64,000 bases of DNA from an uncultured Alphaproteobacteria bacterium (GCA_963743765.1 CAVUQQ010000004.1:389632-453631), one strand, 5' to 3'; shown: positions 21,449 to 30,911, counted from the stretch's first letter. Numbers and translations are program-made. Notes: a model not told the origin generated them from the sequence alone.

Positions 21449-22554
21449 GCAGCCGCGTCCTGATAATGGCGCGGAACGCGCGGCATGATCGATGTCAGGA
21501 TCTCATAGGCGGCGGTGCCGCCCGCTTCGGCCGCCTCTTCCAACGAAATCGTGTCGCCGAAGAATTCCGCTTCTGAGTCCGTCGAAAGTTGTGCGGAAGG
21601 AATGCCGCTCACGTCCAGCGTCGTCAGATCCATGGAGACACGCCCCACGATAGGCGCGCGCATACCTCCGATCGCTGCATGTCCGCGATTGCCGATGGCG
21701 CGCATCAAACCGTCTGCATACCCCAAGGCCACGGTTGCCAGCACCGCGGGCCGTTTCGCACGAAAGGTGGCTCCGTAACCAACGGTCTCACCGCTGTCAA
21801 CGTGGCGAATCTGGAGCACGCGTGCTGTCAAAGCGGCGGCGACGGAAAACGGATTGGTCGGCGTATTTTGTACGTTACCGCCGTATAACCCGATGCCCGG
21901 GCGAACCAAGTCGAATGCATATTCCTTGCCGAGAAGCACGCCTCCGGACGATGCGAAACTTGCCGGCGCCTGCGGAAGAATTGCGAGAGCGGTGCGAAAG
22001 CGGTCGAGCTGCACGCTGTTCATCTTCGACGCCGGGTCGTCGGCACAGGCAAGATGACTCATCAGCAGTACAGTCCGAAGACCAGCGACGCGCTTCTTCC
22101 ACTCGGCAGCGAGAATGGACAAATCATCGCCCGGCAGACCCAAGCGGTTCATGCCCGTATCGATGTGGATCGCGGCGTCCAGCGTCGTACATGTTTCCCG
22201 CGCCGCGGCACTCCAACCTGCGATCTGTGCCAGCGAGTTGAGGACCGGGGTAAGGCGATGTGTGATCAGCGCCGGAACGGAGTCCGCAAGGGCGCCGTCG
22301 AGCACAAAAATGCGCGCCTGCGGAACGATCGGACGAAGCTCGACACCCTCTTCGAGCCTGGCCACGAAGAATGAGTTGCAACCTGCGGCAGCGAGTGCGC
22401 GGGTGACCGGCACCGCGCCAAATCCATACCCATCCGCCTTGACGACGCCCGCCACCGCCGCCGGTCCGGCCAAGCGCTCGCAGACGCGGTAGTTGGCCAC
22501 GACCGCGCCCAACCGCACTGTCAGGCGCGCCGCTTCGAAATCCGATTGGTTCAT
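21445..22554 (-). CDS. alr: alanine racemase
   Basis: VVKADGYG, DTGMNRLG, MSHLACAD, RPGIGLYG, GYADG, GRVSMD. Confidence 0.96.
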   Translation of the reverse strand: MNQSDFEAARLTVRLGAVVANYRVCERLAGPAAVAGVVKADGYGFGAVPVTRALAAAGCNSFFVARLEEGVELRPIVPQARIFVLDGALADSVPALITHRLTPVLNSLAQIAGWSAAARETCTTLDAAIHIDTGMNRLGLPGDDLSILAAEWKKRVAGLRTVLLMSHLACADDPASKMNSVQLDRFRTALAILPQAPASFASSGGVLLGKEYAFDLVRPGIGLYGGNVQNTPTNPFSVAAALTARVLQIRHVDSGETVGYGATFRAKRPAVLATVALGYADGLMRAIGNRGHAAIGGMRAPIVGRVSMDLTTLDVSGIPSAQLSTDSEAEFFGDTISLEEAAEAGGTAAYEILTSIMPRVPRHYQDAAA

Positions 22555-22628
22555 GGCCGGACAATGCCGAGGGGGCGGCCTTCCGTCAAAGGCTGCTTCG
22601 GCGCTGGCGTTTTGCGGTCATACAAGGC

Positions 22629-23276
22629 CTAAAACGGGTTTGGCCCGCCGCCCGTAGGATCGCCGTGCAGAACCTTTCCAAGGCAGGGCACATTCGAGAG
22701 AATCGGACAGGGCGGCGCGGTCTGCTGCTCATGGCGGATGATATCGATCGCGGACGGCGGCGGTTCGACCGGCTTGGGCGTTTCCAGCACGATTGTTCCG
22801 TCGGGCCGCTTCACGAAGTGCCAGGGATGGCGCAGGCATTGCTGGCGCTGGGCCGCCGACAAGTTCTCGTAGCTCGACGCGCCGCAGGCCAGCGAACGGC
22901 CAACGCCGAGGAGTCCCCCGCTCGGCGGGGCGGACGGCAAGGGTCTGGCCGGGATCGGCGGCAAGGTGATCGGCAGCGTCACCTGTGGAACAGCCTCCTG
23001 CGGCAGTGCGGGCTCCGCAACGTTCGGCTTGGCCGGCTTGGGGGTAAAGACAAACCAGACGATCGCTTCGGGGACCGTCGCACGAATGCGCTCTGTCATG
23101 GGAATCCGGCTGCTGTAGATGAAGACCGCAATCGCGAACACATGCAGGACAAGAACGACCGCGCCGACAATGGCGCGCCGGAAATTGCGTTCCCGTTCCG
23201 CCGTTTCCACACGCGCGCGCTCCGCCAGGATGACGGAGAATTCTCCCGGTTCGCCTGCGAGCGCATTGTCCGTCAC
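22629..23276 (-). CDS. hypothetical single-TM protein with Pro-rich periplasmic region and four Cys
   Basis: TM GAVVLVLHVFAIAVFIY, Pro-rich linker, LACGAS..QQC, CPILSNVPC. Confidence 0.65.
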   Translation of the reverse strand: MTDNALAGEPGEFSVILAERARVETAERERNFRRAIVGAVVLVLHVFAIAVFIYSSRIPMTERIRATVPEAIVWFVFTPKPAKPNVAEPALPQEAVPQVTLPITLPPIPARPLPSAPPSGGLLGVGRSLACGASSYENLSAAQRQQCLRHPWHFVKRPDGTIVLETPKPVEPPPSAIDIIRHEQQTAPPCPILSNVPCLGKVLHGDPTGGGPNPF

Positions 23277-23288
23277 GCCAACGCCTGT

Positions 23289-23946
23289 TCAATCCCATGG
23301 GCGGTGCGTGCCGTCACCGCGATCAAGTTCTAGCCGGCCACGTCGAGGCGGCTGCGCATCCGCTACTTTATCAGAATTCCACAGCACGAGCGTTTTCTCC
23401 AGCCGCCCTTCCCAGCCGTGCGCGTCGCGGATCGGCGGCGTCACCCATGGCGTCCGGCAAAAATTCCACGTTCAGGAACTGTCCCGGCAGCCGGCATACG
23501 CCGGACGGATCAGCCATCAGATATTCGTAGCGCAGCAGATGACAAGCAGTGCTTCGTCGCAAATGGTCGTGGGGCGCCCGTGCCGTCAGACATTTTCCGA
23601 CAACGTTACGCGAACCCTTGCAGAAAACGCGGTTGGCGGAGCCGGCCCAGCTTTCGAAACTGCGGCTCGTGAGAAGTCGCGGCCGTTGAGCGTGTGGGGA
23701 ATTTTCTTTCCACGCTGCGTCGGCATCTACGCCCGAAGCGCTAGCGATGGAGATCTCACCAAGAACACGCAGGCTGTCGCGCATCAGTGCGATTCGCTTT
23801 GCTGTTGCACGGACATCGAGGAATGGCGCGAGACGGTTCGGCCGTGTTTCGAACTGCACCTGCTGCCGCAGCGGATTCTCGGCGTTTTGCGGCGGAAATC
23901 CGCGCTGGTGTGCGAAGCCGAGCAGCTGGACCCGGCGCCGCGGCAT
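23289..23946 (-). pseudogene. degenerate sulfotransferase-like ORF
   Basis: AKRIALMRDSLRV and LLRYEYLMADPSGVCR..QFLNVEF resemble sulfotransferase motifs (K.I...RDP; RYEDL..DP....C.FL..EF); no 5'-PSB loop seen. Confidence 0.3.
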
Positions 23947-24042
23947 TAACCATCGCGAGAAAAGCTCGCCCTGCCCGGACCGCAACTGTTCCATAATCGG
24001 ACGAAGGAAACCCTGGCGGCGACGGACCGTCGAAGGACAATC

Positions 24043-24501
24043 ATGCGTGCATACATATTGACGGCCCTTGCCCTGCTGAGCGTATCGGGTTGCGACAGCA
24101 ACAGTCCGGCACCGAAGCCAGCGACGGTCAGCTGCAACTGCACCACGCCGGCGGCTCCCCCACCGCTGGTGACACCGGCGCTGCCGCCTGCGACGCCGGC
24201 CATCCATCATCGCGGCCGTCACCGCAGCGCAAGCTGGCACGGCCGCGGTTATCGCTGGCACAAGGAGTATGCCGAAACCTCGGTCTTCACGTACGACTAT
24301 CACAGCGACAGCCACAGCTATTACCAGGGCGAGCCCGTTTATCGTCACGGCGGCGGCGAAGAGGGTTGGGTCGATGGTTATGGCCGTTCGCATGGCTCGG
24401 GCAGTGAGGACGATAGCGATTTTCTCGCGAGCGGCGATACGCACGGCCGCATGAAACCGTGGCATGGATATGACGTCGATTGCCCTGACGACCGGAAATA
24501 A
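24043..24501 (+). CDS. hypothetical lipoprotein, Pro-rich then His/Tyr/Gly-rich
   Basis: Lipobox LSVSGC, RBS GAAGGA, C-terminal PWHGYDVDC. Confidence 0.75.
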   Translation: MRAYILTALALLSVSGCDSNSPAPKPATVSCNCTTPAAPPPLVTPALPPATPAIHHRGRHRSASWHGRGYRWHKEYAETSVFTYDYHSDSHSYYQGEPVYRHGGGEEGWVDGYGRSHGSGSEDDSDFLASGDTHGRMKPWHGYDVDCPDDRK

Positions 24502-24516
24502 GTTCCACGTCCCGCG

Positions 24517-25959
24517 CTAGCGTCGTTGAGCATCTTCCGCCGCGAGGTTCGAGAACCGCGTGAAGCGGTCGTCGAAAAACAGGTCGATCTTGTTGGTCGC
24601 GCCATGGCGGTGCTTTTCGACCAGCACTTCGGCTCTGCGATGGGCGCGTTCGCATTTCTCCAGCCACTTGGCGTGATCGGGCGTGCTCGGATCGGGTTCG
24701 CGCGATTTCAAATAATATTCCTCGCGATAGACGAACATCACGACGTCGGCGTCCTGCTCGATCGAGCCGGACTCGCGAAGGTCGGACAGCACGGGCCGCT
24801 TGTCGTCGCGCGCATCGACGCCGCGGCTGAGCTGCGACAACGCGATCACCGGCACGTCGAGATCCTTGGCCAGAACCTTCAGGCCCTTTGAGATTTCGGT
24901 GATTTCCTGCACGCGGTTTTCCGGACGGCCCGATCCCGCCACGAGCTGGATATGGTCGATCATGACGCAGCCGATGTTCTTCTCGCGCTTCATGCGCCGC
25001 GCGCGCGCCGCAATCTGCGCGATCGAGATGCCGCCCGTGTCGTCGATATAGAGCGGCAGGGTCGAGAGGTCCTGCATGCTGAGGACGAACTTCTCCCACT
25101 CATGTTCCGAGAATTTGCCGTTGCGGATTTTCCACATCTCGATTTCGGTCTGCTCGGACAGAATACGCGCCGAGAGCTGCTGCGCCGCCATTTCGAGAGA
25201 GAAGAACAGAACCGGCGCGCCGCGCGGCACTTCCGCGCCGGCCTCCATGTCCTGCACATAGGCGCGCGCGGTGTGGAACGCCATGTTGGTGGCGAGCGAT
25301 GTCTTGCCCATGCCGGGACGGCCGGCGACGATGATCAGGTCCGACGGCTGCAGACCGCCGAGCAGCGAGTCGATGTCGGAAAAGCCCGTAATCAGGCCGG
25401 AAATACGCCCTCCCCGCGCCTGCGCCTTTTCGGCCAGTTCCACGGTGCGGCGCAGACTCTCGGCGAAATCGATCGGCCCCGCGCCATATTTGGAGCTTTC
25501 GCTGACCTGGTAGAGCGCCTTCTCGGCCTCTTCGATCTGCGCCTTGGGCGGCTTGTCGTGCGGCGCTTCATAGGCGGTGTTGACGATATCCTCGCCGATG
25601 CGGATCAGCGTGCGGCGCACGCCGAGATCGTGAAGGATGCGCGCATAGTCTCGCACGTTCGGCATCGCGGGCGCCGCCTGCACGAGCCCTGCGAGATAGG
25701 CGTGGCCGCCGACTTCCATCAGGCCGGGATCGGCCTTCATCGCGGCATGCAGCGTCAGCGGCGTCAGCACCATGCCGCCGCGATCCGCCGAAGAGGTCAT
25801 CACCTCGTAAATTCGCTGATGCAGAGGATCGTAAAAATCCTCGGCCTTCAGGATCGAGGCGACGCGCTCGATCGCCTGATTGTCCACAAGGATCGCGCCG
25901 AGCAGAGCCTGCTCGACTTCGATGTCATAGGGGACGTGGCGATAAGCTTCCTGTTCCAT
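24517..25959 (-). CDS. dnaB: replicative DNA helicase
   Basis: EQALLGAIL, AGRPGMGKT, FSLEM, ALSQLSR, SDLRESGSIEQDAD. Confidence 0.98.
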   Translation of the reverse strand: MEQEAYRHVPYDIEVEQALLGAILVDNQAIERVASILKAEDFYDPLHQRIYEVMTSSADRGGMVLTPLTLHAAMKADPGLMEVGGHAYLAGLVQAAPAMPNVRDYARILHDLGVRRTLIRIGEDIVNTAYEAPHDKPPKAQIEEAEKALYQVSESSKYGAGPIDFAESLRRTVELAEKAQARGGRISGLITGFSDIDSLLGGLQPSDLIIVAGRPGMGKTSLATNMAFHTARAYVQDMEAGAEVPRGAPVLFFSLEMAAQQLSARILSEQTEIEMWKIRNGKFSEHEWEKFVLSMQDLSTLPLYIDDTGGISIAQIAARARRMKREKNIGCVMIDHIQLVAGSGRPENRVQEITEISKGLKVLAKDLDVPVIALSQLSRGVDARDDKRPVLSDLRESGSIEQDADVVMFVYREEYYLKSREPDPSTPDHAKWLEKCERAHRRAEVLVEKHRHGATNKIDLFFDDRFTRFSNLAAEDAQRR

Positions 25960-26269
25960 TTTTCTTCTGCTGGCGGCCGCTCTGTCGCGGAGACCGAATC
26001 AAGCGGCCTGCGTAGCGGGGAGCAAGTATAATCCCTTTCTGCTCACAGCTTCCGCGAATTGCGCGGTCCTCGATTTCACTCGCGTTTGCGGAATTGCAGC
26101 CTCGCTCTGCGGATTCCGCAAGTTTGCTGTGGACGTTCCTTCCCAGACGCTTTCCTTTCTTGATGTGCGCGCGGATTTCGGCAAGGAGCGCCAGCCGTGC
26201 ACCTGTGTAACGGCCATGCTTGAACGCATTACGATTGCCGAGGGGCGCGCCGCGCTTATTTTCTCCCAT
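25925..26269 (-). CDS. small protein with GAPxGNRNAxKHG motif (as in HGGxSTG-type and terminase-small-subunit-like proteins); C-terminal extent uncertain
   Basis: MGENKRGAPLGNRNAFKHGRYTG; start overlaps the end of the upstream ORF. Confidence 0.55.
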   Translation of the reverse strand: MGENKRGAPLGNRNAFKHGRYTGARLALLAEIRAHIKKGKRLGRNVHSKLAESAERGCNSANASEIEDRAIRGSCEQKGIILAPRYAGRLIRSPRQSGRQQKKNGTGSLSPRPL

Positions 26270-26762
26270 TTTTTTCTTTCCAATCCTCGATCCACAATCT
26301 GTCGTTGGCTTCTTGTTGCGGATCGTGCGGCGATTGCAGCCCGTCCTGTTTTTGGCGGAACAGGAGCCGGTCGAGTTTCTGCTGCATCGAAGCCAGCGCT
26401 TCTTCTTTGGTTAATTTCGGGATCAAATCCCCCGGCTTTGGTGGAACCGGTTGAATACGTTCGACGATCGAGCGCCGGCGACGCTCCACCTGTGCGACGT
26501 GAGCGAGCGCGTCGGCGACGTGAGCCTGCGCGCGCATCAAGCGCGCGGCCGCATAGATCGGACCAAGGCGGTCGCCGCGCTGCGCGAACGCCAGCGTCTC
26601 GCAGCGCTCGATGAGCGATGCGCCGATGTCGAGATGGTCGGCCAACCGCTCCACCGCAAGACGGCGAAGCGCGTCGTCGTCGAGGCGCGGGGGCAAAAGC
26701 TCCACAAGGGGAGCGGGATTGTCTTTCTGGCCGTCACCGGCCGGGGTGGTTTCTTCGGTCAT
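26256..26762 (-). CDS. hypothetical alpha-helical protein
   Basis: 168-aa ORF with plausible composition, coupled to the GNRNAxKHG ORF. Confidence 0.7.
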   Translation of the reverse strand: MTEETTPAGDGQKDNPAPLVELLPPRLDDDALRRLAVERLADHLDIGASLIERCETLAFAQRGDRLGPIYAAARLMRAQAHVADALAHVAQVERRRRSIVERIQPVPPKPGDLIPKLTKEEALASMQQKLDRLLFRQKQDGLQSPHDPQQEANDRLWIEDWKEKNGRK

Positions 26763-26767
26763 GAGGC

Positions 26768-26795
26768 TGAATATAGGACGATAATCCGATATTCA
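26768..26795. promoter_or_regulatory. AT-rich inverted repeat immediately upstream of the two-gene module
   Basis: TGAATATAGGA-cgataa-TCCGATATTCA (10/11 arm match). Confidence 0.5.
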
Positions 26796-26818
26796 AGGGG
26801 TAGAAGAGGAATTTTTTG

Positions 26819-26938
26819 CTATACGGCGCACAACGCCCTTCCCTCCGTCTTCCTGCGGCGGCGCAGTGCGACTGCGCCGGCAAGGCCCGCGCCGAAGAGC
26901 GAGAGCGTGATCGGTTCGGCTATTCTTGCAGTCTGCAC
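26819..26938 (-). pseudogene. orphan PEP-CTERM sorting-signal remnant
   Basis: Minus strand reads IAEPITLSLFGAGLAGAVALRRRRK; no ATG and no upstream domain in frame. Confidence 0.7.
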
Positions 26939-27100
26939 ACTATGGATTGCAGCGATCGGCTGTGGGGCAACTTCCGAGAATGGAGCGGGAAGAAGTTCGC
27001 GCTCGTACCCGAACCGTCCAACCGGTGATTCACGTCTTAGATGCGTAAGGCGCCCGATGGCAGCGGCTTTCGTTCAGATCGACGCACTTTGATTTGTCCT

Positions 27101-27925
27101 CTAGGCAAACCCGATGCAGTGAACATGGACGGGCTCGTCGAATCCTTTGAGCGCGATCTGGCCGACATCGCGGAACGGCAACGCCTTGCCGATGCACAGT
27201 TCTGCGACCGTGTTCGACATGAGTATCTGCTCCGGATCGGCATGAGCGCATAGACGCGCAGCAAGCTGCACCGTCGAGCCGAAGAGATCGTTGTGGTGCT
27301 CGATCGGTTCTCCCGCGGCCATGCCGATGCGCACCTGAAGAGGCTGATCGGGGTGTTCCGCGCGATGCTGCAAGATGTTCTGCTGAACATTGATTCCACA
27401 ACGAACGGCGGAGGCGGCCGAGTAGAAAACCGCCATGATGCCGTCTCCGGCGTGTTTGACTTCGCGTCCACTCGCCCCCGTCAGCGCAGCGCGCACGATG
27501 CGATCGTGTACGAGGAGCAGTGTGAGCGCCATTTCGTCTCCGAGGCGCTGCGTCATGTTGGTCGAGCCCACAATGTCCGTGAATAGAATCGTGCGCGTTC
27601 CGGGGTCGTGTTCGGAATTTTCGGGAAGAAGCACCGCGCCGGCTTTGTCGGTTTCGGCGGCGCCCATGAAGGCCTCGGCCACTTCAGGCGTCACTTCCAT
27701 GATCCGCGCGGCGGTCAGACCATGGGCATCGCGGTGCACGGCGTCGGCGGCTTCAGCGCTCGGCGCATGACACAGACAGAAGATTTTACCCTGCTTCTCG
27801 TTCACCCAGTATTTAACGTACTCAACGCCGTGCTGGGCTTGAATGTGCTGGTCCATCACATGCGCCTTGGCAACGTCGTCGGATGTGACTCCGGGCACAT
27901 CGTGGATGTCCATGTACATTGGCAT
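27101..27925 (-). CDS. DUF4242 (SCO4226-like) domain fused to class III adenylate/guanylate cyclase
   Basis: YMDIH..AHVMD..YW..KIFCL..AP..VHRDAHG then TILFTDIVGST, VKHAGDG, RIGM..GE, DLFGSTVQLAARL. Confidence 0.88.
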   Translation of the reverse strand: MPMYMDIHDVPGVTSDDVAKAHVMDQHIQAQHGVEYVKYWVNEKQGKIFCLCHAPSAEAADAVHRDAHGLTAARIMEVTPEVAEAFMGAAETDKAGAVLLPENSEHDPGTRTILFTDIVGSTNMTQRLGDEMALTLLLVHDRIVRAALTGASGREVKHAGDGIMAVFYSAASAVRCGINVQQNILQHRAEHPDQPLQVRIGMAAGEPIEHHNDLFGSTVQLAARLCAHADPEQILMSNTVAELCIGKALPFRDVGQIALKGFDEPVHVHCIGFA

Positions 27926-27960
27926 GCGGGTTTCTCCTCATCGAGAATTTCAGGGCGAAA

Positions 27961-28500
27961 TCAATTGCGCGTTGCTGCTCCACCATCCGGCGCGTTCAAG
28001 GTCCGCCGGCTGACCGCAAGTTTCGGCGGGTGCGCCAGCGTCTGGTAGACGACGCAGTAGCGTTCGGTGAGACGCAGCAGCGTCTCCAATTGTTCATCGG
28101 TCGCATCCGTATCGAGCGAAATCTGCAGGCGAATGTCCTGAAAGCCCACGGCGACGTTCTTTGCCACGCCAAGCGTGCCGCGAAAGTCGAGATCGCCCTC
28201 CGCCTGAAGAGATGCATCGCGCAGTTCGATGCCGAGCGATGTTGCGACGGCATTGAGCGTGACGCCCGCGCATGCGACGAGTGCCTCGAGCAACATGTCG
28301 CCGGAGCAGGCGCTCATGCCGGTTCCGCCCGTCGCCGGATGAAGCCCCGCCGCAACCAGCGCTTTTCCCGTTTCGACGTTGCAGGTGACACCCTCGCCGA
28401 GACGCCCGCGTGCGCGCAGCGTGATCAACGCGGCGTCCGGGGTCTGCCGGTAATGTTCCTTAATCGGCGTTTGGATCGCGCGTAGGTCGTCCGCCTTCAT
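27961..28500 (-). CDS. OsmC family protein
   Basis: AGLHPATGG..ACSGDMLLEALVACAG, DLDFRGTLG, TERYCVV. Confidence 0.9.
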   Translation of the reverse strand: MKADDLRAIQTPIKEHYRQTPDAALITLRARGRLGEGVTCNVETGKALVAAGLHPATGGTGMSACSGDMLLEALVACAGVTLNAVATSLGIELRDASLQAEGDLDFRGTLGVAKNVAVGFQDIRLQISLDTDATDEQLETLLRLTERYCVVYQTLAHPPKLAVSRRTLNAPDGGAATRN

Positions 28501-28936
28501 GCGAGGCCCCCCAAGCTTTCCCGTACGCGACTCTACCACACGGAACCGATACAACGTACGCGAGAAAAGGAGCCGCGTTCGACCGGAAAGATGGATGGCC
28601 CGCGCGCGGAGCGGCGTATCGAATGACGTCCTGCCGGATTTTACACATACCCAATCCGGGGCTTATGATTTCACCCTACACAGGACCGGCAATGCTTCGG
28701 TCCGCCGGACCGAAGTCCGTGTCCTCGCAAGAGGATCGTGTGTGCCTCAGGCGCGGCGGCCTGTTTTCGTGAAAGTGCGTGTGGATCGAGTGTGCCGGCG
28801 AGGGCAGGCCATAGCTGACGATTGTGCCGTGGAGCAGGAGCACAAAATACCATCGGCGTCAGCAGCACAACTGGGCTTTGTTCACCACCGTCAGGGCGCA
28901 TCAATGGGTTTCGAGAGAGCGCGACACGCAATGCGC

Positions 28937-29060
28937 CTAGGGGACCAGTCGCAGCTGCAGCATCACGCCGAGCGTGTCGAAGACGCCCCAGTGGGCTGAC
29001 ACCGGTCCTTCGTCGTTGAAGGTGAGCCAGAGCGTGGAACCGGTCGATGCTTTTCGATGA
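28937..29060 (-). pseudogene. ester cyclase/SnoaL-like C-terminal remnant
   Basis: LTFNDEG..AHWGVFDTLGVMLQLRLVP resembles the ester-cyclase C-terminus; N-terminus absent. Confidence 0.4.
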
Positions 29061-29257
29061 AGGGCGGCGCGATTTCGCGAAATCTCGACTGTCAGCCAAT
29101 TGTCCATCCTCCGTTGGCGACTGCTCGTGCTTTGCAACGCTCGAGCGTGTGACATCACCGAGTCTCCTAGAAGCGCGCGGCTTTTCTGGAATCCCTGGAG
29201 CGACCTTACGAGCCGAGTGAGCTGGGAACTTTGGAACCTTGAGGCAAGGGGTGTCCG

Positions 29258-30148
29258 CTACCAGCCGCCTCGCGGCTCTGGAACAGCGTCTCGCCGCCTC
29301 CAACCCGTGAGACTCGGCCCGTAGAGACCCAGCACGGTCAGGGCGATCAAGCTCATAACGATTGCCTGCACCCTGTTCTGGATCTCCCCTCCTCCAGGGA
29401 AGACGTGGGCGGCGGGCATCAGATTGAAAATCAGATGAGGTATAGTCCCCGCAACCAGTAAGTTTCCGTTGGCGTTTAGATAGATCCACGTGACGAATAC
29501 TGAGGTGGCCGTCGTCTCCAGTACAAACCAGCCGAAGCCGAACTGCGACTGGGTTAGGTCCGAGACGAAAAAGGCTGGCAGGTGCCAAAGCCCCCAGATC
29601 AAACCCAGGACGACCGCTGCGGGGAGCGGCGGCCAGAGCGTGAGCAGCCTCGGGAGCGCAAACCCTCTCCAGCCGAGTTCCTCACCAACTCCGCCCGCAT
29701 CTCGGATCAACACCATCGTGGTCAGCGCCATCACTGGCGCCCCAACCGCCAAGGCGTGCAGGTCGATAGCTCCACCGGCGCCTACTCCCCGCATCGCCAG
29801 TTCCCAGACCGCAAGCGCCGCTGGCCAGGCAAACACGGCGACCAGAATCCAGATGGGGCGCGTCGGGCGTATGAAACGCGCCGCCAGCGCCCTGAGGCCA
29901 GTCCAACCGCCGGTCGCCAAGGTGACCATCACCGCGGAAAACGACGGCGAATAGACCGCCAAATAGAAGAGCCAGGAATCGCTGGTAGGCCCGATTGGCC
30001 CGACCACCGCCTCGAGCTGCGGCCGCGCAAAGAGCAACAGTGCGCCAAGGCCCCAGCTGATCGCGAAAGTTAGTCCGAAAAACGCCGCCAGTTGACGTAG
30101 GATATCACTGCGGCGCGGCGATCCATTTAGGCTGTCCAACGCCATCAC
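29258..30148 (-). CDS. CPBP (CAAX/Abi) family intramembrane metalloprotease
   Basis: EELGWRGFALPRL, WGLWHLP, H..FN; multiple TMs. Confidence 0.9.
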   Translation of the reverse strand: MMALDSLNGSPRRSDILRQLAAFFGLTFAISWGLGALLLFARPQLEAVVGPIGPTSDSWLFYLAVYSPSFSAVMVTLATGGWTGLRALAARFIRPTRPIWILVAVFAWPAALAVWELAMRGVGAGGAIDLHALAVGAPVMALTTMVLIRDAGGVGEELGWRGFALPRLLTLWPPLPAAVVLGLIWGLWHLPAFFVSDLTQSQFGFGWFVLETTATSVFVTWIYLNANGNLLVAGTIPHLIFNLMPAAHVFPGGGEIQNRVQAIVMSLIALTVLGLYGPSLTGWRRRDAVPEPRGGW

Positions 30149-30227
30149 ACCTACCTCTATTGTGTCCCGAGCGCGGGAACGGTAACATTGTTAACTGGAG
30201 TTTCCGCCATCACTTTTAGGAGAGGGT

Positions 30228-30911
30228 TTGTTGACCCTTCCGTTTCGCTCCAGATCGGCGCCTTCCTCGCGCAAGCGACGGCAATTCCTGTCGCGCCAGA
30301 AGATTGTCGAGGCCGCGGCGGCGATCCTCGAACGTGACGGCTATGATGCGCTCAACATGAGGTCGATCGCCGCCGAGCTCGGCGTGAAGGCGACCGCGCT
30401 ATATCGGTACGTGGATAGCCGCGAAGACCTGGACGACATCCTGTTCGACCACCTGATGGTGGGCTGCGTACCCGCCTTGGAGGAAGAGGACTGGCGGGTC
30501 GACCTGAAAGCGATCGCTGAAGCCTGGCGCTCTCGACTGCTGACCCGACGTGACGCGACGCGCATCGCCTTGGCCCAAGTCTCGATAGGGCCGAACCTGT
30601 TGCCGCTCATGGAGGCGGCCCTGGGCGTCCTGCGCAGGTCCGGTCTGAACGATGACGACCTCATCGAAGCCTACCAGATCCACACGCTTTTCGTGCACAG
30701 CTTCGCGAGCTCTCAAGCGACCTATCGTGCGCTGCAGGCGCGCCCTAACGGGTTACGCTATGCACCTCCCGCACCGGAGTGGTTCGAGGCTTATCCCATC
30801 GTGTCATCCGTGGCGGAGCGGCTCACCCAACCGGTCGATTTCGACAAGCGTTTCGCCTTCGGCCTTAACGCGCTTATCGCCGGAATCGAACGCCGCGTCG
30901 GCGCGGCTTAG
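30228..30911 (+). CDS. TetR family regulator, divergent from the CPBP gene
   Basis: HTH LNMRSIAAELGVKATALYRYV; C-term FAFGLNALIAG. Confidence 0.9.
   Translation: MLTLPFRSRSAPSSRKRRQFLSRQKIVEAAAAILERDGYDALNMRSIAAELGVKATALYRYVDSREDLDDILFDHLMVGCVPALEEEDWRVDLKAIAEAWRSRLLTRRDATRIALAQVSIGPNLLPLMEAALGVLRRSGLNDDDLIEAYQIHTLFVHSFASSQATYRALQARPNGLRYAPPAPEWFEAYPIVSSVAERLTQPVDFDKRFAFGLNALIAGIERRVGAA

Noticed and set aside
28671-29250. ORFs 28671-29588(-) and 28499-28999(+)
   Set aside because: No coherent protein signal; the region looks like decayed fragments plus a hairpin (CTTCGGTCC-gcc-GGACCGAAG).
29258-30148. CPBP/Abi protease as an anti-phage gene together with Lit
   Set aside because: The Abi label of this family is historical; the divergent TetR suggests a small-molecule-regulated unit, and nothing links it to the Lit fragment.
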